Source: a virus. From it: a DNA stretch of 14,213 nt. This document shows, piece after piece, positions 1-9,513 of the stretch. The notes beneath the pieces were generated by a model that did no database searches, was not told the DNA's origin, and was given only the letters and a program-made list of their open reading frames with translations. The position numbers and the translations under genes were made by a program. The DNA is taken from the UHGV virus genome UHGV-0136963; one strand, 5' to 3'. Position 1 is the stretch's first letter. Each line of letters opens with the position of its first letter.

Positions 1-1761
1 AAATCGATACTGGAAAAAACTCTAACTCGGTGGCCAGTTTTTGTTGACCACTTCACAGCGACATGCGTCTTCTTCGATCAGGACAGCAAGCAATATGACC
101 GCTCTGATGCTATGTGGGCTATGGAAATGTTCTCCATGACGCCCAAAGCGTTCGAGGCTGAATACCCTGATTCCATCGCGGCAAGCCTTTCTCGTGATGA
201 CACTGGCACTCAATATGACTGGTCAACGCCTGATGCCATCTATGTTGGACGCTACTACGAAGTTCGCATAGAGAAGGTGAAGCTCACGGCGTGGCGCAAC
301 CCTGTTAGCGGAGAAACGGCAATCTATGATGAAGAGCAAATCAAAGATATTGTCGACGAGCTGACCGATGGTGCATTCGAACTGATTGGCGAGCGAACGG
401 TGAAGAAGCGCCGCGTTTATTGCGGTCTTCTGTCTGGCGCTGAATGGCTGGAAGAACCGAAGCGTATTCCGGGTGAACATATTCCTCTCATCCCGGTATA
501 TGGGCGTCGCTCATTTGTTGATAATCAGGAGCGAATCGAAGGCCACGCAGCAAAAGCGATGGATGCACAGCGTCTTGAGAACCTGATGGTTTCCATGATT
601 GCAGATAACGCTACTCATGCTGGCGGTGATGGCCTTCCTGTAGTTGATGTTGACATGATTCCTGGTCCTCTCGCCACTCATTGGGCGGAGCGCAACAAAA
701 AGCGCCCGGCGTTCCTGCCGATGATCAGTCTGAAAAACAAAAACGGAGATATTACTGCGCAGGCTCAGGTCAGCAGTTATACACCTCCGACACAAATGCC
801 TCCTGCTCTTGCCGGGCTATTGCAGTACACCGGAACGGCTATTCAGCAAATTACAGGTGCGTCGCAGCTTGAGAACATGCCGAGCAACGTCGCTAACGAT
901 ACCGTTGATAGCATCTTTAACCGGATGGATACGCAGTCCTATATCTACATGGACAACATGGCTAAATCTATGCGTCGCGCTGGCGTTGTGTGGCTTTCTA
1001 TGGCGCGTGAAGTCTATGGCAGCGATACGCCGATGCGTATCGTTAATGAGGACGGCAGCGATGACGTGGCGCTGATGACTGGTGAAGTGGTTGACCGTCA
1101 GACAGGGCAGGTTATCGCGCTTAACGACCTTTCGCAGGGTAACTATGAAGTGACTGTCGATGTCGGTCAGTCGTTCGCTACTCGCCGTGATGCAACGGTT
1201 AAGTCGTTACTTTCCATGCTGGCACTTATCCCACCAGGAACGCCGAAGCACGACCTTGTATCGTCGATGATTCTCGACAATATGGACGGCGAAGGGATGG
1301 ACGACCTGAAAGAATACAACCGCAATCAGTTGCTTCTGTCTGGCGTTATCAAGCCGAGAACGCCTGAAGAACAGCAGATGGTTGAACAGGCGAAACAACA
1401 ACAGGCCAGTCAGCCAGATCCGGCTATGGTTGCAGCGCAAGGTCAGCTTCTTGCTGGTCAGGCTGAATTGCAGAAAGCGCAGAACGAACAGGCAGCCATT
1501 CAGGTTAAAGCATTCCAGGCACAGACTGATGCTCAGGTTGCAGCGGCAAATGTTGTGAAAATACTCGCATCTGCCGATAGTCAGCAGAAATCTGATATCC
1601 GCGAGGCTCTGAAACTGCTCGGACAGTTCCAGCAACAGCAAGGAGACAATGCCCGTGCTGATGCAGAGCTTGTCCTGAAAAGTCAGGCACAGGGCCATGC
1701 GCAGCGCATGGACATCAGCAGCATCCTGCAAAAATCAACTCAGCAACAACCACAGCAGTAA
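1..1761 (+). CDS. Portal protein, homologue of P22 gene 1; 5'-partial (frame is open from base 1, so roughly the first 140 codons lie upstream of the window)
   Basis: Frame 1 has no stop from position 1 to the TAA at 1759-1761. The C-terminal ~130 aa are a Q/A-rich helical segment ending ...QKSTQQQPQQ, consistent with the long C-terminal helical barrel of P22-like portals. It lies immediately upstream of the scaffold and coat genes, as in P22. Confidence 0.93.
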   Translation, partial: KSILEKTLTRWPVFVDHFTATCVFFDQDSKQYDRSDAMWAMEMFSMTPKAFEAEYPDSIAASLSRDDTGTQYDWSTPDAIYVGRYYEVRIEKVKLTAWRNPVSGETAIYDEEQIKDIVDELTDGAFELIGERTVKKRRVYCGLLSGAEWLEEPKRIPGEHIPLIPVYGRRSFVDNQERIEGHAAKAMDAQRLENLMVSMIADNATHAGGDGLPVVDVDMIPGPLATHWAERNKKRPAFLPMISLKNKNGDITAQAQVSSYTPPTQMPPALAGLLQYTGTAIQQITGASQLENMPSNVANDTVDSIFNRMDTQSYIYMDNMAKSMRRAGVVWLSMAREVYGSDTPMRIVNEDGSDDVALMTGEVVDRQTGQVIALNDLSQGNYEVTVDVGQSFATRRDATVKSLLSMLALIPPGTPKHDLVSSMILDNMDGEGMDDLKEYNRNQLLLSGVIKPRTPEEQQMVEQAKQQQASQPDPAMVAAQGQLLAGQAELQKAQNEQAAIQVKAFQAQTDAQVAAANVVKILASADSQQKSDIREALKLLGQFQQQQGDNARADAELVLKSQAQGHAQRMDISSILQKSTQQQPQQ

Positions 1762-1851
1762 TTAACCCATAACGTGCAATGGCTGTCTTTATGAGGCCTG
1801 GCACCCTATTGCCTTCCGATGGGCTGAACATCGAGTAAACAGGGGTAACAA

Positions 1852-2745
1852 ATGGACCAGATGGCAGAAAACACACCAGAAGTTGAAATAGAAACCGACG
1901 CGTCAGAGCAGATTCCTGATGATGTCGAACTGGCTGAAGAAGTCGAAACAGAAGATGGCAGTGAGTCATCCGGCAATGATGCAGAGGAAGCTACTGAAAC
2001 TGATGACGACGAATCAGAACAGGATTTCTACTTTGGTGACGAAAAGCTGGATTCGCCAACCAGCGAAGATGGCGCAGAGCATGGACTGGTAAAACACCTG
2101 CGCAAGACGATTAAAGAGAAAGACCGTGAGCTGAAAGAGCTGATGCGTCAGTCTCAGAAACCCGTCGAGCAGCAGCCGGTAATCACTCAACCACCGCGAA
2201 TGCCAAAACTGGATGATGAGGACATCGGTTTCGATGAAGAAATCTACCAGCAACGCATGGCTAAGTGGGCAGAGGATAACGGCAAGTACCAGCAACAGGA
2301 GATGGCTCGCAAGCAGAAGGAGCATGAGCTTCAGGCTGCCTATCAAGAGCGATTATCCAAATATCAGCAACGTGTTAAGGCTCTCAAAGTTCCTGGCTAT
2401 CAGGAAGCTGAGCAGGCCGTACTCGAGGAAATTCCCATCGAGACACAAAACGCGATCCTGTTTGAGTCAGAGAAGCCGGAAATCGTTGTTCTGGCGCTCG
2501 GTCGCAACGCTGAACTGCGCAAGCAACTGGCAGAAGCTACCAACCCCGTAGCAATTGGTCGTCTGCTGGAACGTATCGAATCGAAGGCCAGAATCATGCC
2601 AAAAGCAAAAACCACGGCAGCCACAACCCCGACAGTTAAGGGGAGCAACGGCGCAGTAATCAATAACCTCGACAAACTGAAAGCCAAGGCGCTGGAAACT
2701 GGTGACTGGACGCCGTATTTCGCCGCTAAAAAGGCAAAAAAATAA
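1852..2745 (+). CDS. Scaffolding protein, homologue of P22 gene 8
   Basis: 297 aa, between portal and coat (P22 gp8 is about 303 aa). RBS AGGGG sits a few nt upstream of the ATG. The N-terminal ~80 aa are extremely acidic, the middle is helical and charged, and the C-terminus is basic (…TGDWTPYFAAKKAKK), typical of a coat-binding scaffold tail. Primary sequence differs from P22 gp8 as I recall it, so the call rests on position and architecture. Confidence 0.8.
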   Translation: MDQMAENTPEVEIETDASEQIPDDVELAEEVETEDGSESSGNDAEEATETDDDESEQDFYFGDEKLDSPTSEDGAEHGLVKHLRKTIKEKDRELKELMRQSQKPVEQQPVITQPPRMPKLDDEDIGFDEEIYQQRMAKWAEDNGKYQQQEMARKQKEHELQAAYQERLSKYQQRVKALKVPGYQEAEQAVLEEIPIETQNAILFESEKPEIVVLALGRNAELRKQLAEATNPVAIGRLLERIESKARIMPKAKTTAATTPTVKGSNGAVINNLDKLKAKALETGDWTPYFAAKKAKK

Positions 2746-2763
2746 CCTATCGGAGCATTAAGC

Positions 2764-4017
2764 ATGGCTAACCAATTAGCAAAAGACCTTGAAATCATGT
2801 TCGAAAACTACGTTGAAGGCTTTGAGGCCGCCTGCGTAGTTTCCCGTAACGCTAAAAAATTCCGTCCCGGTGATACAGCAATGCAGAGGGCAGGTGATGT
2901 TCTGTATCGTCCGCAGCATTACCACATGAACATTGAGGAAGGCCTAGACCTCAGCGGAAAAACGCCAACAGCACTTGTTCAGCGCCTTGTTCCTTCTGTG
3001 TTCAAGGAGCCGAAAAACATTCTGTACACTCTGGATGCGCGTGAAATGCGTGACCCGGAACATAAAACTGAAGCTGGTCGCGCCGCAGGTATGCGCCTTG
3101 CTGCACAGATTGACTCTGACCTGATTTCCATGGTCACGCAGCGTGCTACTAACGTGATCACAATGGCTGACTCAACCACAGGTACACAGGGCCGTGATTT
3201 GTGGAACTGTGCGGCAGGTATTGATGCCACTATGACGGCGATTGGTGTACCGCAGGGTATCAATCGTCGCTCTTTCTGGAACCCCTTCAACTACAAAGAC
3301 CTTGCTGGCGAGCTTGGTCACCGTGCCTATGCTCAGGGCGCAACCCTGACAGCATACGAAAAAGCGCAGATCCCTCCGGTTGCGTCCTTCGATAGCTACA
3401 AGACCGATATTTCTGGTCGTGTTCCGAAGGGTACAGCAACTTCCCTGACGCTGGCGGCTGAACCTGCGCACAAGGTTGAAGCGAAAGATGCCAACGATAT
3501 GCCAGTGGATAACCGACAGGGGACTATTACGGTATCTGCATCTGGGTTGCAGGTTGGCGATGCGTTCACCATTGCTGGCGTGAATTCTGTACACCAGATC
3601 ACCAAAGACACCACCGGGCAGCCGCAGGTATTCCGCGTTCTGGCAGTAAGCGGAACGACAGTAACTATCTCCCCGAAAATTCTGCCGCCTGACAACGCGG
3701 ATGTCGCCAGCCGACCATATGCAAACGTTGATGCTAACGCGGCAAATGGTGCAGCAATTACCATTCTCAACAAAAATGCCGCACCGGCTAACCTATTCTG
3801 GGCTGATGGTTCTGTTGAGCTGATGTACGGCAAACTGGCGTTCCCGACTGGTCAGGGTCCACAGGTAATGACAGCAACCACCGAGCAGGGCGCTACGCTG
3901 ATCATGTCTTACGCCTTCGACCACATCAAAGGCGTAACCACTGCTCGTTTCACCACTCTGTACGGTTGCTCTGTACTTGTTCCTGAATATACGGGCATCG
4001 TTATTGCCGGGCAGTAA
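2764..4017 (+). CDS. Major capsid (coat) protein, homologue of P22 gene 5
   Basis: 417 aa, directly after the scaffold gene, with GGAG 9 nt upstream of the ATG. Size matches P22-like coat proteins (P22 430 aa, Sf6 about 423 aa from memory). A strong terminator hairpin follows. Sequence is diverged from P22 coat, so the call is positional and size-based. Confidence 0.88.
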   Translation: MANQLAKDLEIMFENYVEGFEAACVVSRNAKKFRPGDTAMQRAGDVLYRPQHYHMNIEEGLDLSGKTPTALVQRLVPSVFKEPKNILYTLDAREMRDPEHKTEAGRAAGMRLAAQIDSDLISMVTQRATNVITMADSTTGTQGRDLWNCAAGIDATMTAIGVPQGINRRSFWNPFNYKDLAGELGHRAYAQGATLTAYEKAQIPPVASFDSYKTDISGRVPKGTATSLTLAAEPAHKVEAKDANDMPVDNRQGTITVSASGLQVGDAFTIAGVNSVHQITKDTTGQPQVFRVLAVSGTTVTISPKILPPDNADVASRPYANVDANAANGAAITILNKNAAPANLFWADGSVELMYGKLAFPTGQGPQVMTATTEQGATLIMSYAFDHIKGVTTARFTTLYGCSVLVPEYTGIVIAGQ

Positions 4018-4021
4018 TTTT

Positions 4022-4047
4022 GGTGGGGCTTCGGCCCCATTTTTATT
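4022..4047 (+). terminator. Rho-independent terminator or attenuator directly after the coat gene
   Basis: GGGGC (4025-4029), loop TTCG (4030-4033), GCCCC (4034-4038), followed by ATTTTTATT. A perfect 5-bp GC stem with a UUCG tetraloop and a U-tract, starting 8 nt after the coat stop codon. Confidence 0.75.
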
Positions 4048-4058
4048 GGGAGAAGACA

Positions 4059-4247
4059 ATGGCACGAACAATGCTCTATAAGCCTGGCAACATGATCACC
4101 TGTGGTCAGTTTGCTGTCGATTACATCATTGTTGATGACGAAGAAGTTAAATCTCACCTGAAAAAAGGCTGGGTAAAAACTCCTGAAGAAACCGCAACGA
4201 AGCAAAAAGTGGCTAAGGCGGAAGAAGATGGCGAAAACGAAGGGTGA
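4059..4247 (+). CDS. Small hypothetical protein (62 aa) between coat and the gp4 homologue
   Basis: ATG at 4059 is preceded by GGGAGAAG. The ORF ends at a TGA overlapping the first 20 nt of the next gene. The ORF-track start at 4020 is a TTG inside the terminator hairpin and is unlikely. An extra small gene at this position is what I recall for Sf6-like phages; I do not recognise the product. Confidence 0.5.
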   Translation: MARTMLYKPGNMITCGQFAVDYIIVDDEEVKSHLKKGWVKTPEETATKQKVAKAEEDGENEG

Positions 4248-4689
4248 TCTCGTTCTTAAGGCTTTACGAAAAGCCGGGCTGTATTCCAATGCCACGTTGA
4301 CAGATGCCTACCCTCAGGCAATTGAAGATGCCATTAATGACCTCGAAGACATGATGGCAGCATGGCAGGCGAAAGGTATCGAGCTTGGGTATCAGTTTGC
4401 TGATACAGAAAACGGCATCATGCCGTTACCTGACGATGATTCAGGTATCCCTGCATGGGCAAATGATGGCGTCGCTTTGAAACTCGCTGTGCAAGTGTGC
4501 ATGGATAACGTCATTCAGCCGTCAGACGCTCTCCTTACCGCTGCTGACAGTGCATATCAGACAATCTGTATCGCTTTAACCAAAATACCACCACTTGAGC
4601 GGCGAAATGACATGCCTCGCGGTAGTGGTAACAAAAGCGCGTTTACGTGGAATCGGTTTTACATCGAGAAAGATGATCCGAGTACGTGA
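4228..4689 (+). CDS. Head completion / tail accessory factor, homologue of P22 gene 4
   Basis: 153 aa (P22 gp4 about 166 aa). N-terminus MAKTKGDLVLKALRKAG...ATLTDAYPQAIEDAINDLEDMMAAW resembles the P22 gp4 N-terminus as I recall it, and the position before the gp10 homologue is conserved. Confidence 0.85.
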   Translation: MAKTKGDLVLKALRKAGLYSNATLTDAYPQAIEDAINDLEDMMAAWQAKGIELGYQFADTENGIMPLPDDDSGIPAWANDGVALKLAVQVCMDNVIQPSDALLTAADSAYQTICIALTKIPPLERRNDMPRGSGNKSAFTWNRFYIEKDDPST

Positions 4690-4698
4690 GGTGAATAA

Positions 4699-6117
4699 AT
4701 GCCGATTCAGCAACTTCCGCTTATGAAAGGTGTCGGCAAAGACTTTCGAAACGCTGACTATATCGACTATCTGCCAGTGAATATGCTGGCTACACCCAAA
4801 GAAATACTCAACAGCAGCGGATATCTTCGCTCATTCCCGGGCATTGCCAAACGTTCTGATGTGAATGGTGTATCGCGCGGTGTCGAGTACAACATGGCGC
4901 AGAATGCTGTTTATCGCGTTTGCGGTGGCAAGTTGTATAAGGGAGAAAGCGAGGTCGGTGATGTTGCCGGAAGTGGTCGCGTATCAATGGCGCATGGTCG
5001 AACATCTCAGGCTGTAGGCGTTAATGGTCAACTGGTCGAGTATCGCTATGATGGCGCGGTTAAAACAGTCTCAAACTGGCCTACTGATAGCGGATTCACG
5101 CAGTATGAGTTAGGCTCGGTCCGCGACATTACGCGCTTACGTGGGCGTTATGCGTGGTCAAAAGACGGAACTGATTCATGGTTTATCACTGACCTTGAAG
5201 ACGAATCGCATCCTGACCGCTACAGCGCACAATATCGCGCAGAATCGCAGCCGGACGGCATCATCGGCATAGGTACATGGCGAGACTTCATCGTCTGCTT
5301 TGGTTCATCGACGATTGAATATTTTTCCCTGACTGGGGCAACCACCGTTGGTGCTGCTTTGTATGTCGCACAGCCATCACTGATGGTGCAAAAAGGCATC
5401 GCCGGAACTTACTGCAAAACGCCGTTTGCTGACTCGTATGCGTTCATCAGCAATCCGGCAACAGGTGCGCCGTCTGTATACATCATCGGCTCCGGTCAGG
5501 TATCACCAATCGCCAGCGCGAGCATTGAGAAAATCCTCCGCTCCTACACTGCTGATGAACTGGCTGATGGCGTGATGGAATCGTTGCGCTTTGATGCTCA
5601 TGAGTTGCTGATTATCCACCTGCCGCGCCACGTCCTAGTATATGACGCATCTTCAAGTGCCAATGGTCCGCAATGGTGTGTACTGAAAACAGGCCTGTAT
5701 GACGATGTGTACCGCGCTATCGACTTCATTTACGAAGGCAATCAGATAACGTGCGGCGATAAGCTGGAATCGGTTACCGGCAAATTGCAGTTCGATATCA
5801 GCAGTCAGTATGGTCTTCAACAGGAACACCAGCTGTTTACTCCGTTGTTCAAAGCGGATAACGCCAGATGCTTCGATCTGGAGGTGGAATCATCGACGGG
5901 TGTTGCTCAGTACGCTGACCGCCTTTTTCTCTCTGCAACCACTGACGGCATCAATTACGGGCGTGAGCAGATGATTGAGCAGAATGAACCGTTCGTTTAC
6001 GACAAACGCGTTTTGTGGAAGCGTGTCGGGCGAATAAGGAAAAATGTCGGCTTCAAATTGCGCGTTATCACTAAGTCACCTGTCACTCTCTCAGGCTGCC
6101 AGATAAGGATTGAGTAA
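4699..6117 (+). CDS. Head completion / tail accessory factor, homologue of P22 gene 10
   Basis: 472 aa, the same length as P22 gp10. N-terminus [49 protein letters not shown] and C-terminus ...[16 protein letters not shown] closely match P22 gp10 as recalled. Confidence 0.93.
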   Translation: MPIQQLPLMKGVGKDFRNADYIDYLPVNMLATPKEILNSSGYLRSFPGIAKRSDVNGVSRGVEYNMAQNAVYRVCGGKLYKGESEVGDVAGSGRVSMAHGRTSQAVGVNGQLVEYRYDGAVKTVSNWPTDSGFTQYELGSVRDITRLRGRYAWSKDGTDSWFITDLEDESHPDRYSAQYRAESQPDGIIGIGTWRDFIVCFGSSTIEYFSLTGATTVGAALYVAQPSLMVQKGIAGTYCKTPFADSYAFISNPATGAPSVYIIGSGQVSPIASASIEKILRSYTADELADGVMESLRFDAHELLIIHLPRHVLVYDASSSANGPQWCVLKTGLYDDVYRAIDFIYEGNQITCGDKLESVTGKLQFDISSQYGLQQEHQLFTPLFKADNARCFDLEVESSTGVAQYADRLFLSATTDGINYGREQMIEQNEPFVYDKRVLWKRVGRIRKNVGFKLRVITKSPVTLSGCQIRIE

Positions 6118-6965
6118 TGGCGGATTCGAATCTCAATGTGCCGGTAATCATTCAGGCTACACGGCTCGACACATCAGTCCTTCCACGCAATATCTTCTCG
6201 CAGTCGTATCTGCTTTACGTTATCGCACAGGGCACTGATGTTGGTAACGTGGCTAACAAGGCCAACGAGGCCGGACAGGGCGCTTATGATGCACAAGTCA
6301 GGAACGATGAGCAGGATGTGATTCTCGCTGACCATGAGCAGCGAATTTCTGCTGCAGAAGCAACGCTTGTTAATCATGAGGAGCGAATCAGCCAGGCAGA
6401 ATCAACTCTTCAGGAACATGAAACACGAATCACTCAGAATGAAAGCGATATTGCGTCGCTTGATACCAGAGTTCAGTCGCTGGAGTCGCAGGTTTCAGAT
6501 CATGAAACGCGCATTGATGCTCTGGAGTATGCAACCACACGCAAGAAGTCAGAGGTTGTTTACTCTGGCGTATCAGTAACCATCCCGACAGCGCCGACCA
6601 ACCTTGTTAGCCTGCTGAAAACGCTCACGCCGTCATCCGGGACGTTGGCACCATTCTTCGACACTGTTAACAACAAGATGGTTGTGTTCAACGAGAACAA
6701 AACCTTGTTCTTCAAGCTGTCGATCGTCGGGACGTGGCCCAGCGGAACCGCCAACAGGTCAATGCAGCTAACCTTTCCCGGCTCTGTTCCTGACACACTG
6801 GTAAGCAGTCGCAACTCTGCTACAACAACCGATAACATCCTGTTAGCTACGTTCTTCAGCGTGGATAAAGACGGCTTTCTTGCCACAAATGGCAGCACGT
6901 TAACCATTCAGTCTAATGGTGCGGCGTTTACTGCCACAACCATCAAAATCATTGCGGAGCAGTAA
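6117..6965 (+). CDS. Tail needle (cell-envelope-penetrating plug), homologue of P22 gene 26, long form with a C-terminal knob
   Basis: N-terminus [43 protein letters not shown]...[20 protein letters not shown] is almost identical to the P22 gp26 N-terminal portal-plug domain, followed by HExRI heptad repeats. At 282 aa it is longer than P22 gp26 (233 aa) and matches the Sf6-type needle length. The start overlaps the gp10 stop (TAATG). Confidence 0.95.
   Translation: MADSNLNVPVIIQATRLDTSVLPRNIFSQSYLLYVIAQGTDVGNVANKANEAGQGAYDAQVRNDEQDVILADHEQRISAAEATLVNHEERISQAESTLQEHETRITQNESDIASLDTRVQSLESQVSDHETRIDALEYATTRKKSEVVYSGVSVTIPTAPTNLVSLLKTLTPSSGTLAPFFDTVNNKMVVFNENKTLFFKLSIVGTWPSGTANRSMQLTFPGSVPDTLVSSRNSATTTDNILLATFFSVDKDGFLATNGSTLTIQSNGAAFTATTIKIIAEQ
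6329..6540 (+). repeat. In-frame 42-bp (14-codon) periodic coding repeat within the tail needle coiled coil
   Basis: The motif CATGA(G/A)..CG(A/C)AT recurs at about 6333, 6375, 6417 and 6501, i.e. 42 bp or a multiple apart, encoding DHEQRIS / NHEERIS / EHETRIT / (LDTRV) / DHETRID. This is a coding heptad repeat, not a CRISPR or satellite. Confidence 0.7.
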
Positions 6966-7420
6966 TGATTCAGTTCAAACCAACGCGAAATATCGACCTG
7001 ATCGAAGCAGTCGGAAATCACCCTGACATTATTGCCGGAAGCAACAACGGTGATGGATACGACTACAAACCTGAATGCCGTTACTTTGAGGTGAACGTGC
7101 ACGGGCAGTTCGGCGGCATTGTTTACTATCAGGAGATTCAGCCGCTGACATTCGATTGCCACGCCATGTACCTGCCAGAGATTCGCGGCTTCAGCAAGGA
7201 AATCGGGCTGGCGTTCTGGCGATACATTCTGACTAACACCACCGTTCAGTGCGTCACATCGTTCGCCGCACGCAAATTCCGCCACGGGCAGATTTACTGC
7301 GCAATGATTGGCCTTAAGCGTGTAGGAACCATCAAGAAATACTTCAAAGGCGTGGATGACGTGACTTTTTACAGCGCCACACGCGAAGAACTAATCGACT
7401 TCCTGAATCACGGGAGATAG
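6965..7420 (+). CDS. Homologue of P22 gene 14 (virion or ejection-associated protein)
   Basis: 151 aa between the tail needle and gp7 homologues, the position gene 14 occupies in P22. The start overlaps the tail-needle stop (TAATG). Assigned by position; I do not recall the P22 gp14 sequence well enough to align it. Confidence 0.7.
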   Translation: MIQFKPTRNIDLIEAVGNHPDIIAGSNNGDGYDYKPECRYFEVNVHGQFGGIVYYQEIQPLTFDCHAMYLPEIRGFSKEIGLAFWRYILTNTTVQCVTSFAARKFRHGQIYCAMIGLKRVGTIKKYFKGVDDVTFYSATREELIDFLNHGR

Positions 7421-7422
7421 CC

Positions 7423-8115
7423 ATGTTATATGCATTTAAGCTGGGCAGAAAACTGCGCGGCGAGGAACCTTATTGCCCTGAAAAGGGTGGGAAAGGTGGC
7501 AGTTCTGATAAAAGCGCAAAGTATGCCGCAGAAGCTCAGAAGTATGCAGCAGACCTGCAAAATCAGCAGTGGCAGACGATCATGAAAAACCTTGCTCCGT
7601 TCACGCCTCTTGCGGATCAGTATGTTAACCAGCTTCAGAACCTTTCCAGTTTAGAAGGTCAGGGGCAGGCACTTAATCAGTATTACAACTCTCAGCAGTA
7701 TAAAGACCTTGCAGGTCAGGCTCGTTACCAGAGTCTTGCTGCTGCGGAGGCTACGGGAGGACTTGGTTCGACAGCCACAAGCAATCAACTGGCTACGATC
7801 GCGCCGACTCTAGGTCAGTCTTGGTTATCAAACCAGATGAGCAATTACAACAATCTGGCAAACGTTGGGCTTGGTGCTCTGCAAGGTCAGGCAAACGCCG
7901 GGCAGACGTACGCCAACAACATGAGCAGCATTGCACAGCAAAGCGCAGCTCTTGCCGCTGCTAATGCCAACAAACCATCAAGTCTTCAGACAGCAATTAG
8001 TGGCGGAACGTCTGGTGCGATTGCCGGTGCAGGTCTTGCCAGCCTTTTGGGAACATCAACACCTTGGGGCGCTGGCATTGGTGCTGGTATCGGATTGCTT
8101 GGCTCGTTGTTTTAA
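7423..8115 (+). CDS. Ejection (internal virion) protein, homologue of P22 gene 7
   Basis: 230 aa (P22 gp7 229 aa). N-terminus MLYAFKLGRKLRGEEPYCPEKGGKGGSSDKSAKYAAEAQKYAADLQNQQWQTIMKN and the glycine-rich hydrophobic C-terminus ...GAGIGAGIGLLGSLF closely match P22 gp7 as recalled. Confidence 0.93.
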   Translation: MLYAFKLGRKLRGEEPYCPEKGGKGGSSDKSAKYAAEAQKYAADLQNQQWQTIMKNLAPFTPLADQYVNQLQNLSSLEGQGQALNQYYNSQQYKDLAGQARYQSLAAAEATGGLGSTATSNQLATIAPTLGQSWLSNQMSNYNNLANVGLGALQGQANAGQTYANNMSSIAQQSAALAAANANKPSSLQTAISGGTSGAIAGAGLASLLGTSTPWGAGIGAGIGLLGSLF

Positions 8116-8124
8116 GGGGTAATC

Positions 8125-9513
8125 ATGGCTACTTGGCAAGGATCAAATGGCGGATTGTTGGCTGGTATCGGCGGCGTCAACTCAAACGCTCCGAGCGTAA
8201 ATGACATCGGCAACACGCTTCAGCTTATCAGGCAGAACAATGATATTGAGCGTTCAGGCGCTAACAATGTTGGGCTGACAGCTTTGCAAGGTCTTTCTGG
8301 TATTGCGGGTGTTTTTCAGCAGGAAAAGCAGGCTCAGCGGCAGAAAGAATTTCAGCAGGCATACGCTAATGCTTATGCGTCTGGTGATCGCGGTGCTTTG
8401 CGTCAGTTGGCTACTCAATATCCAGACCAGATTGAATCTGTTCGTAAAGGCATGGGATTCATTGATGAAGACCAGCGCAATTCTATCGGCACCTTAGCGG
8501 CTGGCGCCCGCCTTGCATCATCGTCTCCAGAAGCAATGCAATCATGGCTGCAAAACAACGCCAAGGAACTGACTCGCGTCGGTGTTGACCCTAATAACGT
8601 TGCTCAGATGTATCAGCAGAACCCTTCAGGATTTGGTGAGTTTGTTGATCACCTTGGAATGGCTGCTCTTGGTCCGATTGATTACTTCAATGTTCAGGAC
8701 AAGATGGCTGGTCGTGAGATTGATCGCGGAAAACTTGCAGAGACAATCCGCAGCAATCAGGCTGGCGAGGCGCTAACAGCACGAGGCCAGAACATCACGA
8801 TGCGCGGTCAGGACTTATCTGCTTCTACTGCGCGACGCGGGCAGGATTTGGCAATGCAGCGAGCGTCAACAAGAGGAACCGCTGGGAATGATGAGCGTAC
8901 AGTTCAGTTATCAGATGGCAGAACTGTAACGGTAGGCGGTAAACTTCACGGCGCTGGTGCTAATGCGTTCTACGAAGGCATCGACAACGAGGGGAATATG
9001 GTTCGCGTTCCTGCCAGTTCAATCGCAGCGCCTGCAACATCGTCTGCATCAGCACAAAACTATGCCATGAAGAAGGATATCGACGCGATCGCAAATGCAG
9101 ACGCTTCTGCTCTCGATTTCATGACAGGAATGACAGGCGGTGCAGGTAATCCAGCAATTGGTGCTGATGTTCGCAGCCGATTAACAGGAAAAGAGCAGCG
9201 CCAGTTATATAACTCAGCACAACGTATTCAGGGCAGAATGCAGAATCAGGGTGTGGCGGCAGCAAGGGACATGGGTGCCAGTGGTATTAACACCGTTGCA
9301 GAAGCGAAGATGTATTTTCAGGGGATGCCGCAGGTTGACTATTCAAGCCCGGAGGCTATGCAGCAGTCGATTCGTGAAATTCAGGAATACACCAACAATT
9401 ACAACCAACAATATAACGTTAATGTTGGTAAATCTCAGCGGAAGCAATCTCAACCTGCACAGGTATCACAGCCAGCAGCCAGCAGTAACTTTTCTTCACT
9501 ATGGGGTGATTAA
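8125..9513 (+). CDS. Ejection (internal virion) protein, homologue of P22 gene 20
   Basis: 462 aa (P22 gp20 about 471 aa), between the gp7 and gp16 homologues. AGGGG RBS before the ATG. Q/N/G-rich, low-complexity composition typical of P22-like ejection proteins. Confidence 0.85.
   Translation: MATWQGSNGGLLAGIGGVNSNAPSVNDIGNTLQLIRQNNDIERSGANNVGLTALQGLSGIAGVFQQEKQAQRQKEFQQAYANAYASGDRGALRQLATQYPDQIESVRKGMGFIDEDQRNSIGTLAAGARLASSSPEAMQSWLQNNAKELTRVGVDPNNVAQMYQQNPSGFGEFVDHLGMAALGPIDYFNVQDKMAGREIDRGKLAETIRSNQAGEALTARGQNITMRGQDLSASTARRGQDLAMQRASTRGTAGNDERTVQLSDGRTVTVGGKLHGAGANAFYEGIDNEGNMVRVPASSIAAPATSSASAQNYAMKKDIDAIANADASALDFMTGMTGGAGNPAIGADVRSRLTGKEQRQLYNSAQRIQGRMQNQGVAAARDMGASGINTVAEAKMYFQGMPQVDYSSPEAMQQSIREIQEYTNNYNQQYNVNVGKSQRKQSQPAQVSQPAASSNFSSLWGD

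Noticed and set aside
1762-1851. Regulatory hairpin in the portal-scaffold intergenic region (contains the AGGCCT palindrome)
   Set aside because: Only short palindromes with no convincing stem-loop; scaffold autoregulation in P22 is known, but I cannot support a specific element from sequence alone.
223-1969. Several minus-strand and alternative-frame ORFs (61-174 aa) inside the portal gene
   Set aside because: Fully embedded antisense or out of frame in a confidently identified, conserved structural gene; typical shadow ORFs.
2014-3833. Overlapping ORFs (103-145 aa, both strands) inside the scaffold and coat genes
   Set aside because: Shadow ORFs within strongly supported genes; no independent start signals.
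4020-4058. Upstream TTG start for the small ORF after coat
   Set aside because: The TTG lies 3 nt after the coat stop and inside the terminator hairpin, with no RBS; the ATG at 4059 with GGGAGAAG upstream is far more plausible.
6329-6540. Possibility that the 42-bp periodic repeats are a CRISPR array or satellite
   Set aside because: They are in frame inside the tail needle gene, encode HExRI heptads, and have no spacer-repeat architecture; this is a protein-level coiled-coil repeat.
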